A stretch of DNA of 64,000 nucleotides, taken from positions 124,001 to 188,000 of the IMG/VR virus record IMGVR_UViG_3300028829_003504; one strand, given 5' to 3'. A program made the position numbers and the translations under genes. Numbering within the stretch: position 1 is the stretch's first letter; each line of letters starts with the position of its first letter. Of the stretch, positions 36,141 through 45,219 are shown one piece after another. The notes under the pieces were generated by a model. The model was not told the DNA's origin, searched no databases, and saw only the letters and a program-made list of their open reading frames with translations.

Positions 36141-37739
36141 CTAGTATAGGTCAGCTAGGTCTATAGTATTTAGGCGTTCGGCATCATGTATAGTTTTATA
36201 CCAAGTCGTAGCAATAAAATTTTCTCCGAGTAACAGGTTCTTGTATTGAGACTTAGAAATAATTTCCTGTACGTTTTCTCTAAAGTCGGTAATCAATCTA
36301 TATCGAGGTCCATCTTTATATAAGAAACCCCAAATAGTCAATCTATTCAAGATAGACGATATGTGATGAGGTTTACGTCCAATCCGTTTTCCTAAGTCTT
36401 CATAAGTAATAAGGTTAGAGTTTAAGTCGTCGATGTGAGGTAAGACCAAAGTAGCTAAACCAAAGTAGTTGTTATTTATAGGAGTAAGGCCTATTAGGTA
36501 TCCTAGGTATTTTAAATTCTGTGTGTTCATAGTATTTTCTTTATCTAAGTTGATTAATTTACATAATGCTTCTTTCATACTTCTTAAGCTCTGGGCGACA
36601 CCAAGACTATCGTTTTTCAAATTCGCTTCAATACCTTTATTAATTAAACTAAGTAAGACTTCAGGTGCTACGGCTTCTTCAACTTCTGTGCGTTGATCTT
36701 GAAGTTTTTGTCTGTCCAACTCAAGTGCCTTTAGTTCCAGGCGGGCTTCTACAGGACTGCGGCCTCCAAGGTCGTACCTTATACCGTCTGAGTAAGACAA
36801 GGTCGTCTTATATTGAGGACATAAGTTATACATTGTTATAAAATCTTTTAGTACTATACGAGGTCTTAGCACATAAAGGTAGTCTAAGGCAGAGTCTACA
36901 TTATCAGATTGTCTATTACCGAGACCGTAGAAAACCCTAGCAGCTATGTATAATTCTACGCAAGGTAATACTAGTGGGAACTTGGCACTTTGCTCTATGG
37001 CAATTAGACCCTGGACTATTTCAATATCTCGGTTTGCCTGTCTATTAAACTCAGCAGATATAGTACTTATTTTTCCGTCACACTTACTTTTAAATATTTC
37101 GTACAGAGTGACTGGGTCACATTCAGTTAGATTAACTAAGTCGATGTGGTCAGGTATAAGATTCTTCTCTTTTAAATAGTCAGTGATTTCACTTAGGCTA
37201 GGGTCACAATTATAAGCACATTCTTCTAGGGAACTTCCATAATCATAGGCAGCCATCAGCCAGTTGTACATGGCGTCATGGCCTTGAGACTCGATTTCTT
37301 TTTTCTGTTCGTCACTTTGGATTAAATTTAAGTTGTTCCCTTGTCGATCCTTAAGGTAAGACAACAACACGGATGTCACTATTTCACTTTCTTGGAAAGG
37401 TCCTACGACATAAGTATGGGTGTGATATTCCTCATACTTAGGAATTTCGCCGTCTATGCCTTGTGCGTTAAAATCAGGACAATGGTTATGGGTATATACA
37501 GTATGTGCAACTGCCGGTGCTGGAAAATCTTTTGAGGAGCTATACTTCTCAAGGGCCTGTAGGAACAGACTGTGTTTGACTTTAGACGTACAGCCACTGT
37601 CGTCGTCAATTGCCAGGTCGTTGAATGTTATTTCTAAAAATGGACCTGCAGGCTTTACTGATATGATATTATGTGCTTCTGACCATTGTGAAGAAAGCAC
37701 CTTTGAGTGAGATAGTATTTCTTTAATTGAGTTTAACAT
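36141..37739 (-). CDS. Hypothetical protein with probable C-terminal winged HTH
   Basis: ITYEDLGKRIGRKPHHISSILNRLTIWGFLYKDGPRYRL. Confidence 0.75.
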   Translation of the reverse strand: MLNSIKEILSHSKVLSSQWSEAHNIISVKPAGPFLEITFNDLAIDDDSGCTSKVKHSLFLQALEKYSSSKDFPAPAVAHTVYTHNHCPDFNAQGIDGEIPKYEEYHTHTYVVGPFQESEIVTSVLLSYLKDRQGNNLNLIQSDEQKKEIESQGHDAMYNWLMAAYDYGSSLEECAYNCDPSLSEITDYLKEKNLIPDHIDLVNLTECDPVTLYEIFKSKCDGKISTISAEFNRQANRDIEIVQGLIAIEQSAKFPLVLPCVELYIAARVFYGLGNRQSDNVDSALDYLYVLRPRIVLKDFITMYNLCPQYKTTLSYSDGIRYDLGGRSPVEARLELKALELDRQKLQDQRTEVEEAVAPEVLLSLINKGIEANLKNDSLGVAQSLRSMKEALCKLINLDKENTMNTQNLKYLGYLIGLTPINNNYFGLATLVLPHIDDLNSNLITYEDLGKRIGRKPHHISSILNRLTIWGFLYKDGPRYRLITDFRENVQEIISKSQYKNLLLGENFIATTWYKTIHDAERLNTIDLADLY

Positions 37740-37813
37740 AGTCGTTCTCTCTACTTAGTTTAAGTTTATGGGTGGTACGCCAACCTGAAGCCAGCATTCA
37801 AAGTATGTTTAGT

Positions 37814-38800
37814 TTATTTGGTTTTCTTTTTGGCTACTACTTTCTTTTTGGCTACTACTTTCTTTTTGGCTTTAGTAGTGGATTTTACTTTCTTAGATTC
37901 GGTAGGGCGTTCTGTTTTATCTCCGTCGCCCGGTACCGTTGTTGCTTTAGCTTTCTTGAAGTTCTCAAGCTTGCTTAGGCTAACGGCTATGATTAGACCT
38001 GATCCAGGAAGTTTAACTTGCATATTTTTACCCATCATACCCTGGCTGATAGCCGAATCTTTTGAGTCAATACCTGCGCTCTCTAGGAGTCCTAAAACTT
38101 CAAGGGCTGCTGTGTCAAAATCTAAGGCACGTTGCTCTGCTACAATCTCTTTAGCAGATTTCAAACGAGCTTTAATTTTATCAAGTGATTTGGTGTGTAC
38201 GCTAATAGCTTTAACTGCGGCTACCATGTGCTTTTCCATTTGTTCAGATAAGGTACCTTTAGGTAAAGCGTATAATATAACGTTAGACTTAGCAGTGGCT
38301 TTCTTCTGCTCTTTAACAGGCGCACATCGGCGCGTCAGGTAAGCATAAGAATCACCAGCTTTGTTTTTCTTAGCGTCGAATTCTTCGTACTTACCTTTAC
38401 CTATAGTGAACACGGCTGTAGGTGAAGTTGGGAATTTACTACCCAACAAAGCTGAGATAGATAATGAAGTATGTTCACCAAATAACATTTCTTTAGGTAA
38501 GACAAGTTTGAAGCTACCGTCTTTCATCTTAGTGGTCATTGAAGATTTTATCTCACGTGGCGCTTCAATTAAACCTGACTCAAGTAACGAATCGACTATC
38601 TGCTTACGGTTACGAGAATGAATTTTAGTAATAGTTACTGATTCTCTAGTGACACGACAAGGTGCCAACTTATTAGATAAGGCTGCAACAATCTTAGTTT
38701 GCAGTAATTCGACTTTACCACGGTTTAATAAGCCGTCTCTGTTCAAGTAAGGGTTAGTAAAGTTAGAAGTAAGGGTAATTAATGTGTTTGAGTTTTTCAT
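37814..38800 (-). CDS. Hypothetical basic protein with Lys-rich tail
   Basis: 328 aa; AKKKVV repeats. Confidence 0.75.
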   Translation of the reverse strand: MKNSNTLITLTSNFTNPYLNRDGLLNRGKVELLQTKIVAALSNKLAPCRVTRESVTITKIHSRNRKQIVDSLLESGLIEAPREIKSSMTTKMKDGSFKLVLPKEMLFGEHTSLSISALLGSKFPTSPTAVFTIGKGKYEEFDAKKNKAGDSYAYLTRRCAPVKEQKKATAKSNVILYALPKGTLSEQMEKHMVAAVKAISVHTKSLDKIKARLKSAKEIVAEQRALDFDTAALEVLGLLESAGIDSKDSAISQGMMGKNMQVKLPGSGLIIAVSLSKLENFKKAKATTVPGDGDKTERPTESKKVKSTTKAKKKVVAKKKVVAKKKTK

Positions 38801-38866
38801 AATAACATTCCTTTAAGTATTTAAGTTGTTTCGTTCGCTTTGGACTTATACATAATATAGTAAATT

Positions 38867-38889
38867 AAGAGGGTAGGTCGTACCCTCTT
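38867..38889 (-). terminator. Hairpin, possible terminator
   Basis: AAGAGGGTA-GGTCG-TACCCTCTT; weak U tract. Confidence 0.45.
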
Positions 38890-38911
38890 CGGGGACAATT
38901 GTAATATTGAA

Positions 38912-39295
38912 CTAATTACCCTTGAACGTTTGTTTGCAATTCAGGCACTCGTAGTATTCAAAATACGAATCGCATGAAGTCATCTTAGCGGGGCCTGAAC
39001 ATGACGAACAAGAGCCTGCCCAGTCATCACCTTCGTCATCGCTAATAATAGGTTCACCCGTCTGTTTGCGCCATATTTGAAACACGTAATCGAACACGGC
39101 ATCAATTTTTCTGAATTCGCGGAACTTAGTTGACTCAGAACCGTAGCTCGTCATCTCCAAACCGCATACACATAACGGATCGACACACGCTCCAGGCGTA
39201 TGGCTGCGAGGGTCATTAGGAACTAATTCCTCAAAAGGACCCAGCTTACTTGAGTCTTTACCGCATGAACATTTCCAATCAAAAATATCAGTCAT
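38912..39295 (-). CDS. Small Zn-ribbon protein
   Basis: CSCG, CVCG, CSSC, CLNC. Confidence 0.75.
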   Translation of the reverse strand: MTDIFDWKCSCGKDSSKLGPFEELVPNDPRSHTPGACVDPLCVCGLEMTSYGSESTKFREFRKIDAVFDYVFQIWRKQTGEPIISDDEGDDWAGSCSSCSGPAKMTSCDSYFEYYECLNCKQTFKGN

Positions 39296-39340
39296 AGTTT
39301 TTCCTTATTCATATAAGTTTGCTTGCTTCGTTATGGACTC

Positions 39341-39393
39341 ATTATAGCAGGTTAATACCTTTGATTATACTCTTAAATGAGCCGACATTAGGC
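39341..39393 (-). promoter_or_regulatory. TATAAT promoter with upstream GCCTA(A/G)TGCCG-like box (representative copy)
   Basis: Six copies with -10 at 7098, 20723, 20896, 25317, 35929, 39341 and plus-strand TAGGC 47-49 nt further on. Confidence 0.7.
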
Positions 39394-39418
39394 GACGAAA
39401 GATATATACCGCAGACAT

Positions 39419-39450
39419 AAAAAAACCACTGTACTCGAAAGCAAGTGGTT
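39419..39450 (-). terminator. Intrinsic terminator closing the ncRNA cassette
   Basis: AACCACT-TGCTTTCGAGTAC-AGTGGTT followed by TTTTT on the minus strand. Confidence 0.75.
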
Positions 39451-39456
39451 AGTGTT

Positions 39457-39569
39457 AGAATACATTGGGATAAAAAAGAACTGAGTATATTTCAACTCAG
39501 TCCAAAATATCAAAAACTGTTTAACTGATTGGGTTGATAGTTGTCTCACTTCCTATCCCAATGTATTCT
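39457..39569 (-). ncRNA. Structured RNA A (16-bp perfect closing stem, two inner hairpins)
   Basis: AGAATACATTGGGATA / TATCCCAATGTATTCT; inner ACTGAGT/ACTCAGT and TATCAA/TTGATA. Confidence 0.6.
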
Positions 39570-39576
39570 TAATAGG

Positions 39577-39647
39577 TTGAATACCGCATGAGGCAAAAAC
39601 GCGGCTAAACGATTGCTGGTAAATAAGGAGCCTCATGCTGTATTCAA
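39577..39647 (-). ncRNA. Structured RNA B (8+9 bp stem, 35-nt loop)
   Basis: TTGAATAC-x-GCATGAGGC / GCCTCATGC-x-GTATTCAA. Confidence 0.6.
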
Positions 39648-39653
39648 ATGGTC

Positions 39654-39706
39654 GCAACTCTAACTCCTTAAGAGGAACCCCATTCAACCGGAGGAGTTAG
39701 AGTTGC
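39654..39706 (-). ncRNA. Structured RNA C (15-bp perfect stem, 23-nt loop)
   Basis: GCAACTCTAACTCCT / AGGAGTTAGAGTTGC. Confidence 0.6.
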
Positions 39707-39741
39707 TTTTCTACTGTTCGAGTTACGAAGTCAAACAGCAA

Positions 39742-39822
39742 GAAAGTTTCAGGGTTATCTTACGGAAGGGAGAGCCTTGCTCACCTAACAGCCTTATCCT
39801 AACAAAGTTAAATGAAACTTTC
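39742..39822 (-). ncRNA. Structured RNA D (10-bp closing stem)
   Basis: GAAAGTTTCA / TGAAACTTTC; interior has TGTTAGG twice and AAGGC twice on the minus strand. Confidence 0.5.
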
Positions 39823-39863
39823 AGAGGCATGTCTAAATAGAACATGTAAGGAGATTCGTTTAA

Positions 39864-40156
39864 TATACTGTGGGTATTTCCCTAGTAGAAGAACTCAAGC
39901 TGTACCTTAGATACCACACGTTGGCCTTAGTGTTTGTGCTGGGTCTTTGAGTTTACATGCAAAGTGACCTGCCACACAGGTAAATAGTACAGCTCGGTAA
40001 TACGTTTGCGTTTAGTACGTATCGACATTCCTTTCCGATATTCTTACGTTGTGACATAGATACCGTGCGATAGGTAAATAGCCTTTCGTGCAATCGGAGT
40101 TCGCTTCTTCTAGACCCTTAGCGTCGAGTCCTGTTTAAGAAAATACACAAAGTATA
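39864..40156 (-). ncRNA. Structured RNA E (~290 nt, multibranched)
   Basis: Nested stems TATACT..GTATTT/AAATAC..AGTATA, CTAG.AGAAG.AACTC/GAGTT..CTTCT.CTAG, AGCTGTAC/GTACAGCT, ATACGT/ACGTAT. Confidence 0.6.
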
Positions 40157-40162
40157 CTAGTA

Positions 40163-40302
40163 TACTTTACTTAGTGCTACCCACTCAATGAGCTAAGATT
40201 AGGGCCTTGCGTGTGAACGGCGCGAACCTCTGTAGCTCTCTAAACAATGCCTCAACGCAACTTGGCATGGACAGATTAGAGTGAGTACCACTAAAGAAAG
40301 TA
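40163..40302 (-). ncRNA. Structured RNA F (~140 nt, long interrupted closing stem)
   Basis: Minus strand TACTTT-CT-TTAGTG-G-TACTCACTC pairs with GAGTGGGTA-G-CACTAA-GT-AAAGTA (a G-U pair favours minus); inner GAGCTA/TAGCTC and TGCC/GGCA. Confidence 0.6.
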
Positions 40303-40323
40303 GGATAGAGTCCTAGCGAGAAA

Positions 40324-40399
40324 TGGTGGGTCGTGCAAGATTCGAACTTGCGGCAAATTGGTTAAAAGCCAACTGCTCTACCAACTGAGCTAACGACCC
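40324..40399 (-). tRNA. tRNA-Lys(UUU)
   Basis: GGGTCGTTAGCTCAGTTGGTAGAGCAGTTGGCTTTTAACCAATTTGCCGCAAGTTCGAATCTTGCACGACCCACCA; 76 nt cloverleaf with encoded CCA. Confidence 0.97.
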
Positions 40400-40515
40400 A
40401 TAGTACAAACTATATATTAGTGTTTACAGTTTGTATTTTACATAAATACTGGAGGTATACGTACACCAGAATTAAACGTATTATATAGGCGTTGAACGTG
40501 TACGCGTTCTAGCCA

Positions 40516-40618
40516 TGTCCCTGACAGGAATTCGGGTTCTACCTGTAACTTACTATTTGAATTGAGGGTATCGCACCTCGCAGAAACAGCAATGCTCTAA
40601 GCTTTGAGCTATAGGAAC
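40516..40618 (-). ncRNA. tRNA-like RNA G (extended anticodon arm, enlarged T-loop, no CCA)
   Basis: Acceptor GTTCCT/AGGGAC, TA, D-arm GCTC-AAAGCTTA-GAGC, arm TTGCTGTTT/AAATAGTAA capped by GAGG/CCTC, T-stem ACAGG/CCTGT with 13-nt loop. Confidence 0.6.
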
Positions 40619-40644
40619 TTTTCGTTTAATCGCGTATAACAAAA

Positions 40645-40735
40645 TGAACAAGGCTGGAATCGATACCAGCAATGCCAGAATAGGGCTTACCGTAACACGA
40701 GCCTAACTGTTGGTTTATCTTAACTCTACTTGCTC
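40645..40735 (-). ncRNA. tRNA-like RNA H (acceptor and T arm intact, rest remodelled)
   Basis: Acceptor GAGCAAG/CTTGTTC then A; T-arm GCTGG-TATCGATT-CCAGC; starts about 11 nt after an AAACTGTAAA motif. Confidence 0.6.
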
Positions 40736-40746
40736 ACGTATTAATG

Positions 40747-40756
40747 TTTACAGTTT
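40747..40756 (-). promoter_or_regulatory. AAACTGTAAA promoter motif (representative copy)
   Basis: (A)AACTGTAAA core also at about 13840, 14406, 15843, 20829, 40423, 43485, 45353, 52079, 59585, 59608 (minus) and CTGTAAA near 56565, 62574, 62962, 63994 (plus), always oriented with the downstream gene. Confidence 0.7.
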
Positions 40757-40775
40757 TGTATTAAGTAGGATTTAC

Positions 40776-42296
40776 TTAATCTTCTTCGTCCGCAACTAGG
40801 TCACCTTTACCTGCACAGATAAGAGCGAAATTCTTGAGAGCTTTACCATTCGCCAATTGCTTCTTACACCAGAAGCGTATATCAACAGGCTTAACACCAA
40901 GTAAGTCGCAAGTTTCTTTTACCTGTCGCTTGTTACCTAACACCAGTGCTTTGAATGATAACCAAGAACACTTCTTAGCTCCGTGTAAGGGACAATCTTC
41001 GTGGAATTTCATATTACCACGAGTACCGCCTACTACGCCTAACATCTTCAAGAAGTTCCAAGTATCAAACACTGGATCTAGGCCTCTAGCCACACCATCA
41101 GCATCACGAATCCAGATACGTGCAAATGTATCTTGATACTGTAGCCCGCCAAGTTTGTTCTTGATAACTTTCAAGTTGATGAAACGATATTCGTCGTTTC
41201 CTTCGTGCTCAACAGACTTCTCATCCATAGTAGGACCTTTACCCCAACCTGAAGGTAGAGCACGGCTGGTAGATTTTATTCTACAGTCAGAGAAGAATTT
41301 CAACGCTTCACCTCCCGGCTCATACTCAGGATTACCAAACATAGTCGCAGGCTTCTGTCGTAATTGATTAACCCCAAATACTGTCATGCGTTTCTTCTTC
41401 ATAGAACCTTTAATGCGTTTAAGTTCTTTGGAGAACATCCGCGCTTGCAGGGCCATTGCATTGCTACCTTCGTCCGTATCTTCTTGCCTAGGTAACATAG
41501 CAGGATAGGAATCTAGTAGCGCGATTGCTTGCATCATACCATCTGCGGCAGGCACTTTAATTTTGTTATGCTTAGATAAGTACTTAGGGTCATATACAGA
41601 TTTGAATCGCTTGAGTAATTTCTTATCATGAGGGAACAAATAGTAATACTCTTTGCCTAATTTAACTTTATCAGGTAGTATTCTTTTTAGTCGATTATAG
41701 AATTCGAAAAATTCCTCGCCTCCATCAGTGGAGATATAATCAACGATCGGAGGTGTAATTTCCTCACCTGTATCGGGGTCTCTCTCTCCGAAGATTTGGC
41801 TCAACGTTTGCTTAACGCCTTGTGATTTTAGAATACTCTCAATGTAGTCAGGGCTACCTGAACCTTCGTAATCCCAGTAGCTGGCTTTACCCTCAAAGCC
41901 TTGTTTAATTATAGCTGACATTATTGTCATAGCTATTGTTGTCTTAGCGGATTGTTCACCACCAAAGATAGTGTACCAGCCACCTGATACGATACCACCG
42001 CCTATTAATAGATCAAGTGATACTAAACCTGTATGTAAACGAGGTTCGTCTGGGTCAAAAGCTGTACCTGCAAGACCCATCTTCTTCTTAACGTCTGTAA
42101 TGGATTCATCTAACATGTTTTCCAATAGAGATTTCGTTAAGGCGACTGCCTCTGAATGAGCGTTATCTGCAACTAAGGTAGCTTTATCGGAATTCTTGGC
42201 TTTCTTAGTTTTAGGAACATCAGCAACCTCAAGAGCCTTTTTGGCTCCTTTAGTTACTTTGGCTGATTTAGATCTAGTCGCTGTTTTAGTTGCCAT
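40776..42296 (-). CDS. recA: RecA/UvsX-like recombinase
   Basis: TGLVSLDLLIGGGI, Walker A GGEQSAKTT, DYE, LLDSY, ALQARMFS, VNQLR, MFGNPEYEPGGEALKFFSD, KNKLG. Confidence 0.93.
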   Translation of the reverse strand: MATKTATRSKSAKVTKGAKKALEVADVPKTKKAKNSDKATLVADNAHSEAVALTKSLLENMLDESITDVKKKMGLAGTAFDPDEPRLHTGLVSLDLLIGGGIVSGGWYTIFGGEQSAKTTIAMTIMSAIIKQGFEGKASYWDYEGSGSPDYIESILKSQGVKQTLSQIFGERDPDTGEEITPPIVDYISTDGGEEFFEFYNRLKRILPDKVKLGKEYYYLFPHDKKLLKRFKSVYDPKYLSKHNKIKVPAADGMMQAIALLDSYPAMLPRQEDTDEGSNAMALQARMFSKELKRIKGSMKKKRMTVFGVNQLRQKPATMFGNPEYEPGGEALKFFSDCRIKSTSRALPSGWGKGPTMDEKSVEHEGNDEYRFINLKVIKNKLGGLQYQDTFARIWIRDADGVARGLDPVFDTWNFLKMLGVVGGTRGNMKFHEDCPLHGAKKCSWLSFKALVLGNKRQVKETCDLLGVKPVDIRFWCKKQLANGKALKNFALICAGKGDLVADEED

Positions 42297-42300
42297 CTAA

Positions 42301-43449
<1,149 letters not shown>

Positions 43450-43491
43450 TTAGATTTTCTCCTGTTTATAATTCGAAAAATACATTTACAG

Positions 43492-44541
43492 TTATGTATT
43501 TTGTAGACCTTGTTCGCGCATAGATACGCGCATCTTCTCTTTTTCAGATTTAGAAAACACCTCACCTATATCAAGGGTTAGTCTAGCACAACCATTAATG
43601 TCGGCGTGTTTTGCCAAGTACATAATATTATTAGACTCTCTCATGTTAGCAACCTCACTACTTAAGTCATAGTCGTTTGTAACTTTGTTATGTAGACCTT
43701 CCGCTGAATCCCCATCATCGTCTTCAACTATTTGGTCTAAGCTTGTGCTGAAATTAATCATAGTATTGGCCGAGCCTGACATAGCTAATTTTTTCTTCTG
43801 ACCTTGAGGCACAGTAAAGGCTATGCCGTACTCATGCTCAGAACTACTACAGGTCTGAGCATTAAACATCCACCACTTTATGTAGGAAGTTAAGGCACCT
43901 TTGTTTGCATCGTACTTGTTTAGAGCAATTATAACATTCTGTAGGAGACCTTGCCTTACGTCTAGGAAGTCGTATTGGTTATGAGGATTGGCCATAACGT
44001 GCTGCTTAGCCTGTGTGCTGCAAAGCCTTACGTATTCTTTCGCTACGTCTTGTTGATAGGCGTAAAACATCTTTAGGTAGTCAGTACTTTGATTGAAGCA
44101 TAAATATAAGTCGGACCGCTTTGTTGCGCCTAGGTCACGTTGGATTAGATCCAAATGCCTTGACCAACGGGCCCTGCGATTATCGAAGTTTGTAAGAAAT
44201 TTATCGTACAAACAATTAAACTCATCCTTATACCTATCCAACAAACGTTTAATGAAACAGTGGATAAAACTCCTCTCTATTCCAATCTTACGTATTAAGT
44301 TAAACTTCTTCTGCCTGTCAGACTCAAGATGTATCTGGCATAATATGTTAATGGCGTCTTCCCGTTCAAGAGCAACGAGTTTACGCTTTTTGTTTCTCGT
44401 TATCACCGATAGTATGTGAACCATTTGGGTATCAAATATATCAGTATGCAGGACAACGGGCTCAAGTGCATTATAGAGTAAGGTATCCATAATCTCACTT
44501 ATCTGGTCGCCCGTTAAGTTCTTGGTTTGGTCATCGGACAT
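43492..44541 (-). CDS. Sigma70-family sigma factor
   Basis: FLDVRQGLLQNVIIALNKYDANKGALTSYIKWWM matches region 2 (DLIQEG...AVDKFD..RG.KFSTYATWWI); TSLDQ matches region 3. Confidence 0.8.
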   Translation of the reverse strand: MSDDQTKNLTGDQISEIMDTLLYNALEPVVLHTDIFDTQMVHILSVITRNKKRKLVALEREDAINILCQIHLESDRQKKFNLIRKIGIERSFIHCFIKRLLDRYKDEFNCLYDKFLTNFDNRRARWSRHLDLIQRDLGATKRSDLYLCFNQSTDYLKMFYAYQQDVAKEYVRLCSTQAKQHVMANPHNQYDFLDVRQGLLQNVIIALNKYDANKGALTSYIKWWMFNAQTCSSSEHEYGIAFTVPQGQKKKLAMSGSANTMINFSTSLDQIVEDDDGDSAEGLHNKVTNDYDLSSEVANMRESNNIMYLAKHADINGCARLTLDIGEVFSKSEKEKMRVSMREQGLQNT

Positions 44542-44559
44542 TAAACAGACTACCTTAGA

Positions 44560-45219
44560 CTATGATTTCTTTTTGTTTCTTGGAGGGTGTTTTGACTTTA
44601 GGGTAGATGGAGTTCCCAACTCCGTACCGATAAATTCCACACTATCTTCATTATCGACCGTGCTAGCGAGTCCGTGAGATAGTTCGACTACTTCTTCGTC
44701 TACCTCTACCTCTTCGTATACATCACCAACTACCTCTACCTCTTCGTTGGATTCTAATGACTTAGTAGTAGGCATGCTTACGGCTGATGTAACACGAATA
44801 ACATCCGCAATATTTGTAGAAACTTTCTCACCCGTAAGCACGGATTGATGTACTTTAACAATGTCGTTAAGTACTTGGATATCTATAGTGTTCATACCAT
44901 TACTGTCTGGAGATTGCTTTAAAAGCTGCTCACAGTACCAAGTCAAAGCACCGACTTTAAGTGAGGCATCTTTAGATACTCCTACCCACTTAAGGGTTTG
45001 CTCTTGTGACGCCGCAAGTTGCTGAGTAATAAGTCCGAGCTTCTCTTGGACTTCGATACGATTCTCAACCTCAAGGGCATGAAGGACTTGAATCTCAGTC
45101 AATTGATCCAGTATGCCATCTCGTTGATTCTTCATAGAGTTAGCGCGATGTGTTGCTGTTTTCAGTTGCGTAATGAAGGCTCCTGATACGGTAGGAGCAT
45201 TTTCTTTGTTATCGGACAT
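44560..45219 (-). CDS. Hypothetical coiled-coil protein
   Basis: 219 aa. Confidence 0.7.
   Translation of the reverse strand: MSDNKENAPTVSGAFITQLKTATHRANSMKNQRDGILDQLTEIQVLHALEVENRIEVQEKLGLITQQLAASQEQTLKWVGVSKDASLKVGALTWYCEQLLKQSPDSNGMNTIDIQVLNDIVKVHQSVLTGEKVSTNIADVIRVTSAVSMPTTKSLESNEEVEVVGDVYEEVEVDEEVVELSHGLASTVDNEDSVEFIGTELGTPSTLKSKHPPRNKKKS

Noticed and set aside
39457-40302. Hairpin series as a CRISPR array or REP/MITE family
   Set aside because: The stems share no sequence, so there is no direct-repeat unit, and no target duplications are visible.
40776-42296. Intein in the long RecA
   Set aside because: The ~55-aa insert before Walker B lacks C/S...HN splice motifs and is too short; no inteins or introns were apparent in helicase or topoisomerase either.
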